This document shows positions 26,324 through 35,397 of a stretch of 64,000 nucleotides of DNA, piece after piece. The DNA lies in NCBI GenBank assembly GCA_026397715.1, contig JAPLUN010000685.1:77-64076 (forward strand), in the 5' to 3' direction. This DNA is from Verrucomicrobiota bacterium. GTDB lineage: Bacteria; Verrucomicrobiota; Verrucomicrobiia; Verrucomicrobiales; Verrucomicrobiaceae. Made by a program: the position numbers and the translations under genes. The stretch's first letter is position 1. Each line of letters opens with the position of its first letter. The notes beneath the pieces are model-generated. The model did no database searches. It saw only the letters and a list, made by a program, of their open reading frames with translations, and had not been told where the DNA came from.

Positions 26324-28942
26324 ATGCGCATCCATCCTTTCATTCTTGCTGTCGGATTGCTGACCCTGGAGGCCGCCGCCGACTCCACCGAATGCCTGCA
26401 CTGCAACAAGCATCTGCTGCCGCAGCCGCTGAAGCTGATTCCGGGCCGCAAATATGCACGAGATCGCCGGGCGGACATTCTGCATGTGAAGCTCGATGTG
26501 ACACCGGATTTTGCCAAACGCACGATCTCAGGCACGGCGACCCTGCGTTTCAAACCGATCGCTCTTCCTTTGGAGAAACTGGAACTGGATGCCGTGGACT
26601 TGAAGATCGCCTCCATCACGGCCGCCGGTGCGCAGGTCGCGGAGCATCAGGTCACGGAAGACAAACTCATCATCACCTTCACCAAGGCGATTGCACCAGA
26701 CGCTGAAGCGACGGTCACCGTCACCTATTCTGCGGTCCAGCCAGATCACGGCCTGTATTTCCGTACGCCGGAGATGGGCTACAAAGCAGGAGACACGCAG
26801 GTTTGGAGCCAGGGCGAGGCGGAGGAGCATCGCTTCTGGTTCCCCAGCTACGATTACCCCAATGAGCGCTTCACCAGCGAAGTCATCTGTCACGTGCCCA
26901 AGGGCATGCAGGTCATCTCCAATGGCATACTGCAAAGTGAAAAGCCCGGCAATGATGGCCTCACGGCCTTTCACTGGCTGCAGGACAAGCCGCATGTGAA
27001 CTACCTCATCGCAATGACTGCGGGCTACTTCCACAAGCTGGAGGACAAGGCGGGAAATCTGCCGCTCGCCATGCTGGTCCCTCCTTCGCACGCCGCACAG
27101 GCGGCAAACGCTTTTACCGACACCCGCAAGATAATCGAATTCTACCAGAAGGAAATCGGCGTGCCCTTTGCCTGGGATAAGTACTATCAGGTCTACTGCC
27201 TCGATTTCATCGCCGGCGGCATGGAAAACACCAGCTGCACCTTTGAAGCTGCCGACATGCTGTTCAACTCCGACACGGAACAGTTGCGTTCCCTGCACGA
27301 ACTCGATGCTCACGAAACGGCCCACCAGTGGTTCGGTGACCTCGTCACCTGCCGTGACTGGTCGCACCTCTGGCTCAACGAAGGCTTCGCCAGCTACTAC
27401 ACCATCCTCTACGAAGAGCAAAAACTCGGTGCGGATGCGATGAAGTACGCACTCTGGAAGGAAGCCCAGCAGGTGTTTCAGGCGAACGATACCCGCCCCA
27501 TCGTCTGGCGCGATTACGGCGACCCAATGCAGCAGTTCGATTCCCGCGCCTACCCAAAAGGTGCCTGGGTGCTGCACATGCTGCGCAGCCAGCTCGGCCC
27601 GAATTTGTATCGCAAATGCATCCGGACGTATCTTGAGCGCCATCGCAACAGCATCGTCCGCACCGAAGATCTGCAGGACGTCATTGAAGAAGTCAGCGGG
27701 CTGTCGTTTGACCAGTTTTTCGACCAGTGGCTCTTCCATGGCGGTGTGCCGGAATTGAAGATCGACTATGCATGGGACGCCGCTTCCAAGCAGGCCCGGA
27801 TCACCGTTCGGCAGACTCAAAAGCTCAGCGAACAAGTGCGCCTCTTCCGCGTGCCGCTGCCCGTTGGCTTTGCCATCCCCGGGCAAAAGGAGCTGCTGCG
27901 TGTCAAAGCAGACGTCAGCAAAGAGGTCGAAGACTTTTATTTCCCCCTGCCCGCCCAACCGGAACTGGTGCGCATCGATCCCGATTACACCGTGCTGGCC
28001 AAGGTCGCTTTCACACCAGCGGGCCCCATGCTCGACAAGCAGCTGCAATCTGATGTCCTCGGCCGCCTGCTCGCCATCAGCACGCTCGACGACAAACACA
28101 TCGACAAGCTTGGCAAAGCCCTGCGTGAAGATGCCTTCTACGCCATCCGTGCCGAGGCAGCGAAAGCTCTCGCGAAAATCGCCGAGCCCGAAGCCCGTGC
28201 GGCATTGATCGCAGGCAGTAGCAACCAGCCCGATGCACGCGTACGCAGGACCGTGGTGCAGTCTCTTGCTGCAATGAACACACCCGAATCGCAGGAAACC
28301 CTGTGGAAGATGGCCCAGAGCGAAAAGAACCCCGACATTCTCGCCAGCATCATCGAAACCTGGGGCGCACGCCCCGGAGATGCCGCAGTCGCCGCTGAAC
28401 TTCGCAAGCAACTGAAAGCAACCAGCTACAATAGCGCACTTCAGCTCGCCGCCATCAAAGCACTGCGCGCTCAGGACGACGAATCCGCGGTCCCAGACCT
28501 GCTGGCCCGGCTGCAGTCCCTCAATGACCTCCGTGGTCGTGATGCCGGCATCGCATTCGATGCAGTCGCCTTCCTCGCACGCCGCCCCACGAACACGCAG
28601 CGCGACTCCGTGCGTGAATTCCTCTCTGCCAAGCTTGCAGATCCTCGGCCCAGCTGGCGTCTCGCCAGTACCAAGGCACTCGGCACGCTGCGCGATCCCA
28701 AGGCACTCGCCGTGCTGGAACCACTGCTAGCCGGCGGCAATGCTCGCATCGATCCCGTGCGCGAGGCTGCAGCCAAATCGGTGCAGGACATCCGTGCGGG
28801 CTTGGAGAGCCCCGCCGATTTGAAAAAACTCTGGGACCGCGTGCAGCAGTTGCAAAAGCAGGCCGAGGAACAGCAGAAAGAGCTCGAAACCCTGAAGAAA
28901 AAATCACAGCCAGCCGCCGCCGAAAAGAAAGCGGGCAAGTAA
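26324..28942 (+). CDS. M1-family aminopeptidase with C-terminal HEAT repeats and coiled-coil tail
   Basis: Signal peptide; GGMEN; HETAHQWFGD...WLNEGFA; YPKG; repeated R..AA.AL helical repeats. Confidence 0.93.
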   Translation: MRIHPFILAVGLLTLEAAADSTECLHCNKHLLPQPLKLIPGRKYARDRRADILHVKLDVTPDFAKRTISGTATLRFKPIALPLEKLELDAVDLKIASITAAGAQVAEHQVTEDKLIITFTKAIAPDAEATVTVTYSAVQPDHGLYFRTPEMGYKAGDTQVWSQGEAEEHRFWFPSYDYPNERFTSEVICHVPKGMQVISNGILQSEKPGNDGLTAFHWLQDKPHVNYLIAMTAGYFHKLEDKAGNLPLAMLVPPSHAAQAANAFTDTRKIIEFYQKEIGVPFAWDKYYQVYCLDFIAGGMENTSCTFEAADMLFNSDTEQLRSLHELDAHETAHQWFGDLVTCRDWSHLWLNEGFASYYTILYEEQKLGADAMKYALWKEAQQVFQANDTRPIVWRDYGDPMQQFDSRAYPKGAWVLHMLRSQLGPNLYRKCIRTYLERHRNSIVRTEDLQDVIEEVSGLSFDQFFDQWLFHGGVPELKIDYAWDAASKQARITVRQTQKLSEQVRLFRVPLPVGFAIPGQKELLRVKADVSKEVEDFYFPLPAQPELVRIDPDYTVLAKVAFTPAGPMLDKQLQSDVLGRLLAISTLDDKHIDKLGKALREDAFYAIRAEAAKALAKIAEPEARAALIAGSSNQPDARVRRTVVQSLAAMNTPESQETLWKMAQSEKNPDILASIIETWGARPGDAAVAAELRKQLKATSYNSALQLAAIKALRAQDDESAVPDLLARLQSLNDLRGRDAGIAFDAVAFLARRPTNTQRDSVREFLSAKLADPRPSWRLASTKALGTLRDPKALAVLEPLLAGGNARIDPVREAAAKSVQDIRAGLESPADLKKLWDRVQQLQKQAEEQQKELETLKKKSQPAAAEKKAGK

Positions 28943-28948
28943 ATCACC

Positions 28949-29320
28949 ATGCGATTCCCACGCCTACTCACCATCGCCACCAAAGTCGTCAAAGACACGC
29001 TTCTCTCACTGCCGACGGAGATTCGCAATGAAGCAGGAGACTGCCGCATTGAGTTAACCGAGATGGACGCGCTGATCGATATTGATGAGGATCTCGATCC
29101 CGATCTGCTGGGCCTGTTTGAAGGTCTCTCCCGCAGTGACGGGCTGCCGGAAACTCCGGACGAGATGCCGCGCATCCGCCTGTTTCTGGACAACCTGTGG
29201 GACGAGTGCGCCGGCGATCTGGCGACGTACCGTCATGAGGTTCGGATCACGTTTCTCCACGAGCTGGGCCATTATCTCGGACTGGATGAAGACGAAGTGG
29301 CGGCTCTGGGTCTGGAGTGA
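28949..29320 (+). CDS. Minimal zincin metallopeptidase family protein (Zincin_1/DUF1025-like)
   Basis: DLLGLFEG, EVRITFLHELGHYLGLDE. Confidence 0.88.
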   Translation: MRFPRLLTIATKVVKDTLLSLPTEIRNEAGDCRIELTEMDALIDIDEDLDPDLLGLFEGLSRSDGLPETPDEMPRIRLFLDNLWDECAGDLATYRHEVRITFLHELGHYLGLDEDEVAALGLE

Positions 29321-29321
29321 T

Positions 29322-29930
29322 TCATCCCATCTTCCGCCGCCCGTGCAGGGCTTGATACAGCGTGAGTTCATCCACGTGGTCGAGTCCGCCTCCGGCAGGC
29401 ATGCCCTGGGCCAGACGGGTGACTGCAATGCCAGCCGGACGCAGCAGATCTGCAATGTAGCTGGCGGTGGCTTCGCCTTCGACATCGGAGCCGAGGGCGA
29501 TGATGACTTCTTCCGTGTGAAGATCCCGCACACGATTGACCAGCGACTCCATGCGCAGGTCTTCCGGGGTCACGTTATCGAGCGGTGAAAGCCTACCACC
29601 GAGTACGTGGTACAATCCTTGAAATGCGCCTGACCGCTCCATGCGCAGCACATCTGCGGCCTGTTCGACCACGCAAAGCTGCCGCTGCTGTCGGCGCGGA
29701 TCGTGGCAGAGCAAACACTCGCTGTCGCTTTCAATGAAGAACCCGCAATCATCACAGGGAATGATGCGCTCCCTGGCCTCCAGCAGCGTGTTGGAAAGCA
29801 GGGGGATGCGCTCATCACTCCTTTGCAGCAGCCAGATCATGAGACGCTCCGCGCTGCGCGGTCCCAGGCCCGGCAACGATTTGAGCTGGGCGACAAGACG
29901 CTGGATCGCAGGTGGATAGTCGATACGCAC
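29322..29930 (-). CDS. recR: Recombination mediator RecR
   Basis: LPGLGPRSAER HhH, C4 zinc finger (CDDC...CLLC), Toprim CVVE, YHVLGG, EGEATA. Confidence 0.95.
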   Translation of the reverse strand: MRIDYPPAIQRLVAQLKSLPGLGPRSAERLMIWLLQRSDERIPLLSNTLLEARERIIPCDDCGFFIESDSECLLCHDPRRQQRQLCVVEQAADVLRMERSGAFQGLYHVLGGRLSPLDNVTPEDLRMESLVNRVRDLHTEEVIIALGSDVEGEATASYIADLLRPAGIAVTRLAQGMPAGGGLDHVDELTLYQALHGRRKMG

Positions 29931-29941
29931 GGCAAAAAAAC

Positions 29942-31228
29942 TCAGGTCACCGCGAGCTTGCGCGAATGTTTGGGGGTCTCTTTGCCCGGCGAAGATTTTT
30001 CCTTCAGAGCCAGATCAACGCGGTCCATAAAGTACTTGAGAGGCGCATCCTCACGGCCCTCGATGACGGCACTGTTGAAGCTTTCCTGCGCCTGCTTCAG
30101 ATCACCTTTGCGATACTGCACCACACCCTGCCAGAAGGAATCACGAGCGCGGATGTCCGGCTCAGGCAGCGTTCCTTTTTCGGCAAGCAGTTCATACACC
30201 TCGCTCATCTGGCTGGAACCCACGGTGCTGACCATTTCCATCGGGCGCACCTCAGCATTGTCTTTCACCAGTGCATACGTCCTCGCGCTTAGAAGCACCT
30301 TGCTGCCGTACTCGGCATTCAAGACGCAGAGCTGCGAGGCAAAATCGATCACATCACCCACGGCGCTGAAGCTTTCAAAGTGACTCACCCCAAACAGACC
30401 GCAGACCGCCGGCCCGGTGCTGAACGCCACACCAATCTGCGCCTTCTTGCCGAAGCGCTGCTCGATCTCTCGCGTCAGCGTGGCCACGTGGTTGCGCAGC
30501 ACCGCGGCCACCTGGACGGCATGCAGAGCATGATGCTCGTCTGTGAGCGGAAATCCAAAGAAGACGCGCACCTGCCGCGCATTGCAGTCATCCAGATAGG
30601 CACCGCGCTCGATGAGAAACCCTGAAATGCTGCGCTGAAAATGCGTGGCCAGTTCCTCGAACTGCGATGCCTCAATGCCCGTGGAAAGCTCCCCATGATT
30701 CAGCAGGCGGCAGGTCAGCACGGTGATTTCACGGCGCTCCGTCATTTTCGCCGGATTGTTTTGATCCGCGAGCTCCTCAAACAGACGCGTGGAAAGCCGG
30801 CCGACGAAGTAGTCGCGCATCACGTGGCAGCGGTAAGCATTGACCGAACCGCCCACGGCAATACCCGCAATGCCGGCGAACCACAGCGCCAGCGATCCCG
30901 ATATGGGCTCAAACAAAACCCCGCTCATGGCCATGATGCAGGCAAAAGTGATCGTGAGGAAGGTGCCGCCAAGGAGGAAAGCAAAACGCCGCCATTGTGA
31001 GGGCATCTCAATGCACACCCAGGCGCTGATGAAGGCCATGCATGTGTAGTATCCGTATTGCAGCAAAACGACGCGCTTCAATCCGCCGGCCGGCAAAATA
31101 AAACCGCGCGCATACAGTACTGCAAACCAGTCGGCCGTGGATTTGAAATAACCAAAGTGATACAAGGCCAGCAAGGGGATGCAGACCAGCACGCCAATGA
31201 ACATGGCGGCGACATGATTACGATTCAT
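29942..31228 (-). CDS. Membrane protein with degenerate class III adenylate/guanylate cyclase domain
   Basis: About 4 TM helices, then REITVL / VFFGFP..DEHHA / IGVAFSTG.AVCG / AVGD.IDFAS / LN.EYGS.VLLS fold pattern without the catalytic residues; TPR-like tail. Confidence 0.8.
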   Translation of the reverse strand: MNRNHVAAMFIGVLVCIPLLALYHFGYFKSTADWFAVLYARGFILPAGGLKRVVLLQYGYYTCMAFISAWVCIEMPSQWRRFAFLLGGTFLTITFACIMAMSGVLFEPISGSLALWFAGIAGIAVGGSVNAYRCHVMRDYFVGRLSTRLFEELADQNNPAKMTERREITVLTCRLLNHGELSTGIEASQFEELATHFQRSISGFLIERGAYLDDCNARQVRVFFGFPLTDEHHALHAVQVAAVLRNHVATLTREIEQRFGKKAQIGVAFSTGPAVCGLFGVSHFESFSAVGDVIDFASQLCVLNAEYGSKVLLSARTYALVKDNAEVRPMEMVSTVGSSQMSEVYELLAEKGTLPEPDIRARDSFWQGVVQYRKGDLKQAQESFNSAVIEGREDAPLKYFMDRVDLALKEKSSPGKETPKHSRKLAVT

Positions 31229-32900
31229 GGGCAGGAGTGTCAGGGGTGATGTCGATGATGTTGTTGGAAACCGGCTCCGGCTGGCTGCGGCAGGCGTTTA
31301 CGACGAGCTCGCTGACATACTTGTCAGGATTCGCGATCGCGTCCGGAGTGATGACAAAGCTCGTCGCGCCTGTGCTGCGAGTGACGAGTTTGAGGCCAAA
31401 GGGATAATCTTTGAAGAGCTTCGCGCACATGGCCTCCACATGCAGACCTTCGCGCTGAGCGCGAGCGGCGATGGCTGCGATGGCTTCGCTGTCAAAGTCG
31501 AGCAGGAAGCCGTGCTCACGCTGAAAGCGCTCTGCAAAGGCCCTGACTTCACCGGCATGGGCGGCACCAAGTTCTCTGAACTGGCTGACGGCTTCGGCTC
31601 TATATTTGGCAAGTACTTGCTCCGGCTCTTTGACGAGCGAGCCGTCGACTTGGAGTTCTGGCAGCCCCAGGCTGGGCATTTCAAATTTGAAGTCACGCAG
31701 CACGCGCTCCCAGGCGGTGACAAGACCACGTGCTCCAGTCTTTTCATCCTCTGCGCGGCTGGCAATTTCGCGCAAGGCATCGTCCTTGAAAACTGCCTTG
31801 ACCCCGTAGGCGGCAAACTCGCGCTCATACTGACGGATGAGGCTGCCTTCGGAGTTTTTCATGATCTGGAACATGTCGTCCGCGCTCAGCGGATCACACA
31901 CCACACGCACGGGAAGGCGGCCGATGAATTCCGCCTCAAAGCCGTAGTCGATGAAGTCCTTCGTGCGCGCCTCACGGAACAAATACTCTGCGGAGGTGTC
32001 TTTCGTGTCTGCGGAAACGAAGCCGATGGATTTCCGATTCGTGCGCTTCTCGATGATCTTTTCCAGACCGCCGAAGGCACCACTGACAATGAAAAGGATG
32101 TTGCGCGTGTTCACCACCTCGCGGCCGGTGCGGCCTTTGCGGGTGTCGAACATCATCTGCATCTGGCTGCGGATGTCGTTCGGCGCATAAAGGGCCACCT
32201 CGGTTTCCTCCATCAGTTTCAGCAGGGTGGTCTGCACGCCGCGCCCGCTCACATCTCGCCCGAGTCTTTCGGGGCCGCTGCTGAGCTTGTCGATTTCATC
32301 CAGATAGATAATGCCATGCTCCGCGAGCTCGATGTCGCCATTGGCCTTGGCCACGAGATCGCGCACCAGATCATCCACATCTGCACCGACGTAGCCGGTT
32401 TCGCTGAACTTGGTCGCATCCGCCTTCACAAAGGGAACACCGATGAGATCGGCGATGTGTTTGACGAGGTAGGTCTTCCCGACGCCGGTGGGGCCGATGA
32501 TGATGACGTTCTGCTTGGAGAATTCCAGCCTGGCACCGCCAGACTCAGATGCGCGATCATCCCGCAGCATTTGCGCGTGGTGGTAGTGATCACACACCGC
32601 CGTGGCGAGCACTTTTTTGGCCTCGTCCTGGCGGATCACAAAACGGTCAAGGTGCGCCTTGATGTCGGCAGGGCGGTAGTTGAACTCGAAGACCCGGCCA
32701 TGGTCGGGCTTGGCCTCCTCGACGGGCTTCTCCTCGGCTTCGGGCATGGGGCGTCCTCCGGGGCCTTCCACGCGGGTGAAAAGCACCTGGCCGCCCAGGG
32801 TGTTTTTGATGAAATCCTCCAACTTGCGCGTGATCTCCTCCGGACTGCCGGGGGCTTTGGGTTTTTCGGTCTCTGGGGGTTCAGGCGTGGGATCGCTCAT
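31218..32900 (-). CDS. ClpX-like AAA+ ATPase lacking the N-terminal zinc finger, with C-terminal extension
   Basis: GPTGVGKT, DATKFSETGYVG, IIYLDEIDK, RDVSGRGVQ, IGF loop, EFIGRLP, KTGARGL. Confidence 0.9.
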   Translation of the reverse strand: MSDPTPEPPETEKPKAPGSPEEITRKLEDFIKNTLGGQVLFTRVEGPGGRPMPEAEEKPVEEAKPDHGRVFEFNYRPADIKAHLDRFVIRQDEAKKVLATAVCDHYHHAQMLRDDRASESGGARLEFSKQNVIIIGPTGVGKTYLVKHIADLIGVPFVKADATKFSETGYVGADVDDLVRDLVAKANGDIELAEHGIIYLDEIDKLSSGPERLGRDVSGRGVQTTLLKLMEETEVALYAPNDIRSQMQMMFDTRKGRTGREVVNTRNILFIVSGAFGGLEKIIEKRTNRKSIGFVSADTKDTSAEYLFREARTKDFIDYGFEAEFIGRLPVRVVCDPLSADDMFQIMKNSEGSLIRQYEREFAAYGVKAVFKDDALREIASRAEDEKTGARGLVTAWERVLRDFKFEMPSLGLPELQVDGSLVKEPEQVLAKYRAEAVSQFRELGAAHAGEVRAFAERFQREHGFLLDFDSEAIAAIAARAQREGLHVEAMCAKLFKDYPFGLKLVTRSTGATSFVITPDAIANPDKYVSELVVNACRSQPEPVSNNIIDITPDTPAHES

Positions 32901-33029
32901 GGGGGTGCTGACAGTGCGCGAGGCGAAGCCCGCTGACAAGCGGCACGATGCGTGCTCTGGACCGGCAAGAAATGCTCTTTTTCAGGGTTGCATGGCCCCC
33001 ATGACATCCCATACTCCGCCCCCCGCGCT

Positions 33030-34079
33030 ATGTCCGCCCCCGTCAAAGTCGCCGTCGTAGGAGCCAGTGGTTACTCTGGAGCAGAATTGCTGCGCCTGCT
33101 GCTGCGGCACCCCAACGTAGAACTGGTGGCTGTGACCTCGCGTTCTCTGGCTGGAAAAGCCCTCTCCAAGGAGTTTCCACGCTTCCGCAGTGTTGGCGTG
33201 GCTGATTCGCTGACCTTTACTGTGCCTGACGCCGCCGCCTTGAAAGCCGCCGGTGCAGAGATCGCCTTTCTGGCCGTGCCGCACGGGGTGGCCGCCGAAT
33301 ACGCGAAGCCGCTGCTGGAGCTGGGACTCAAGGTGATCGACCTCAGCGCGGACTTCCGTCTGAGGAGTCCGGCACTGTATGAGGAATTCTACGGCCACGC
33401 CCATCCTGCGCCTGAACTGCTGGATGAAGCCGTGTACGCCCTGCCGGAAATACGCGCGGAGCAGATCAAGACCGCAAGGCTCATCGCCTGCCCCGGCTGC
33501 TACCCCACCAGCATTCTGCTGCCTCTTCTTCCACTGCTGAAGGCTGGCCTGCTGGCCGAGTCTCCCCTGGCCGTGGCCAGCATGAGCGGAGCCAGTGGTG
33601 CCGGACGCAAAGAAAGCATCCCCCTCCTCTTCTGCGAAGTACAAAACAGCGTGCGCAGCTACAGCGTACCGCTGCACCGGCACCTGAGCGAGATCGGGCA
33701 GGAGCTTGCCATCGCCGCCGGTCGTGAGGTGAAGCTCTCCTTTGTGCCGCACCTCATGCCCACGCATTCGGGCATCTGCACCACGACCTTTGCACAGCTG
33801 CAGCCGGGAGTCACGATTGATCAAATCAGCGCCGCGCTGCATTCGGCCTACGATTCAGCACCCTTCGTGCGTTTGCTGGGGGTGAATCAGTCTCCAGACA
33901 CCAAAAACGTCACCGGCACCAACTTCGTGGACATCGGCTGGTCCTATGACGCCCGCGCAGGGCAGCTCATTTTGATGAGCACCGAAGATAACATCGGCAA
34001 AGGCGCCTCTGGCCAGGCTGTACAAAACATGAACCTCATCTGCGGCTTTGAGGCCACCGCAGGCCTGCTGTACGTCTAA
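33030..34079 (+). CDS. argC: N-acetyl-gamma-glutamyl-phosphate reductase
   Basis: VGASGYSG, IDLSADFRL, IACPGCYPT, SGASGAGR, DNIGKGASGQAVQNMN. Confidence 0.97.
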   Translation: MSAPVKVAVVGASGYSGAELLRLLLRHPNVELVAVTSRSLAGKALSKEFPRFRSVGVADSLTFTVPDAAALKAAGAEIAFLAVPHGVAAEYAKPLLELGLKVIDLSADFRLRSPALYEEFYGHAHPAPELLDEAVYALPEIRAEQIKTARLIACPGCYPTSILLPLLPLLKAGLLAESPLAVASMSGASGAGRKESIPLLFCEVQNSVRSYSVPLHRHLSEIGQELAIAAGREVKLSFVPHLMPTHSGICTTTFAQLQPGVTIDQISAALHSAYDSAPFVRLLGVNQSPDTKNVTGTNFVDIGWSYDARAGQLILMSTEDNIGKGASGQAVQNMNLICGFEATAGLLYV

Positions 34080-34083
34080 TTTT

Positions 34084-35370
34084 ATGGCGACCAAAGCACA
34101 CGACGAACGCGAATGCCGCGTCTCTTTCAAAGTCATCGACGGCGGCGTGACCGCCGCAAAGGGGTTCCGCGCCAGCGCCGTGACCTGCGGGATCAAGAAT
34201 CCTGAAGCCACCCGCCTGGATCTCGCGCTCATCGTTTCCGACGGCCCGACGACGACGGACGCGGTCTTCACGACTAACAAAGTACGCGCCGCCTGTGTGC
34301 GCGTCTGCCAGCAGCACATCAAGGAAAGCGATACCCGCGCCATCATCGCCAACAGCGGCAATGCCAACGCCTGCACCGGCGTGCAGGGCATCCAGGATGC
34401 GAAGGCGATGACCAAGGCTGTGGCCGAACAGCTCGGCGTGAAAATGCGTCAGGTGCTCGTCTGCTCCACCGGCATCATCGGCATGCCGATGCCCATTGAG
34501 CGTGTCATTGTCAAAGTGCCCGACGCGGTGGCCAAGCTGAAGTCCGATGGTTCCGATGACGCCATGCGCGCGATCATGACGAGCGACACGCAGCCCAAGT
34601 CCTTCGCAGTCGATGTGCCCTGCGGCAAAGGCAGCTTCCGTATTGGCGGCATCGCCAAAGGCGCGGGGATGATCTGCCCGAACATGGCCACCATGCTCTG
34701 CTTCATCACCACCGACGTTAAGATCGGCAAGGATGAGCTGCACCGCTCCATGCGCTACGCCGTGGAGAAGAGCTTCAACTGCATCACCATCGACGGTGAC
34801 ACCAGCACGAACGACACCGTCATCGTGATGAGCAACGGCCAGTCCGATGTCCCTACGATCAAAAAGGGTTCCCCCGAGGCGGAGCTCTTCCGCTGCGCGC
34901 TCCACAAGGTGATGCTGGAGCTCGCCAAGATGATCGTCTGTGATGGCGAGCGCGTGACCAAGTTCGTCGAGATCCGCGTCCGCAATGCCCGCACGCTGGC
35001 CGATGCCCGCAAGGTGGCCGAGACGGTGGCCAAATCACTCCTCGTGAAGTGCTCCTTCCATGGCTGCGATCCGAACTGGGGCCGCATCATCCACGCCGTC
35101 GGCTATTCCGGCGCGCGCATTCGTGAAGAACTCATCGACATCTATTTCGGCGGTCTGCAGGCTTGCAAAGGCGGTCTGGCCACGAAGACACCTGTGGGCG
35201 AGATGGAGAAGGTCGTGAAAGAACCCAAGTTCACCGTGACCATTGATCTCAATCTCGGCACCAGCGGCTACACCGTTTATACCAGCGACCTGTCCGAAGA
35301 ATACGTGGATTTCAACAGCTCGGAATACTCCGCCGCCATTCATGCGAAACGCCAGAAAGGCTTCGCTTGA
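34084..35370 (+). CDS. argJ: Glutamate N-acetyltransferase / ornithine acetyltransferase
   Basis: NSGNANACTG, STGIIG, AKGAGMICPNMATML, DGDTSTNDT, DPNWGRI. Confidence 0.97.
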   Translation: MATKAHDERECRVSFKVIDGGVTAAKGFRASAVTCGIKNPEATRLDLALIVSDGPTTTDAVFTTNKVRAACVRVCQQHIKESDTRAIIANSGNANACTGVQGIQDAKAMTKAVAEQLGVKMRQVLVCSTGIIGMPMPIERVIVKVPDAVAKLKSDGSDDAMRAIMTSDTQPKSFAVDVPCGKGSFRIGGIAKGAGMICPNMATMLCFITTDVKIGKDELHRSMRYAVEKSFNCITIDGDTSTNDTVIVMSNGQSDVPTIKKGSPEAELFRCALHKVMLELAKMIVCDGERVTKFVEIRVRNARTLADARKVAETVAKSLLVKCSFHGCDPNWGRIIHAVGYSGARIREELIDIYFGGLQACKGGLATKTPVGEMEKVVKEPKFTVTIDLNLGTSGYTVYTSDLSEEYVDFNSSEYSAAIHAKRQKGFA

Positions 35371-35397
35371 TCGGTTCACGCAGTCACCTTCATCGCG

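Noticed and set aside
31227..32936. 569-aa plus-strand ORF, and similar long antisense ORFs (26528..28411, 53730..55544, 57118..58629, 43072..44556, 13285..14382)
   Set aside because: They mirror well-supported genes on the opposite strand and have no motifs; this is the expected shadow of GC-rich codon bias
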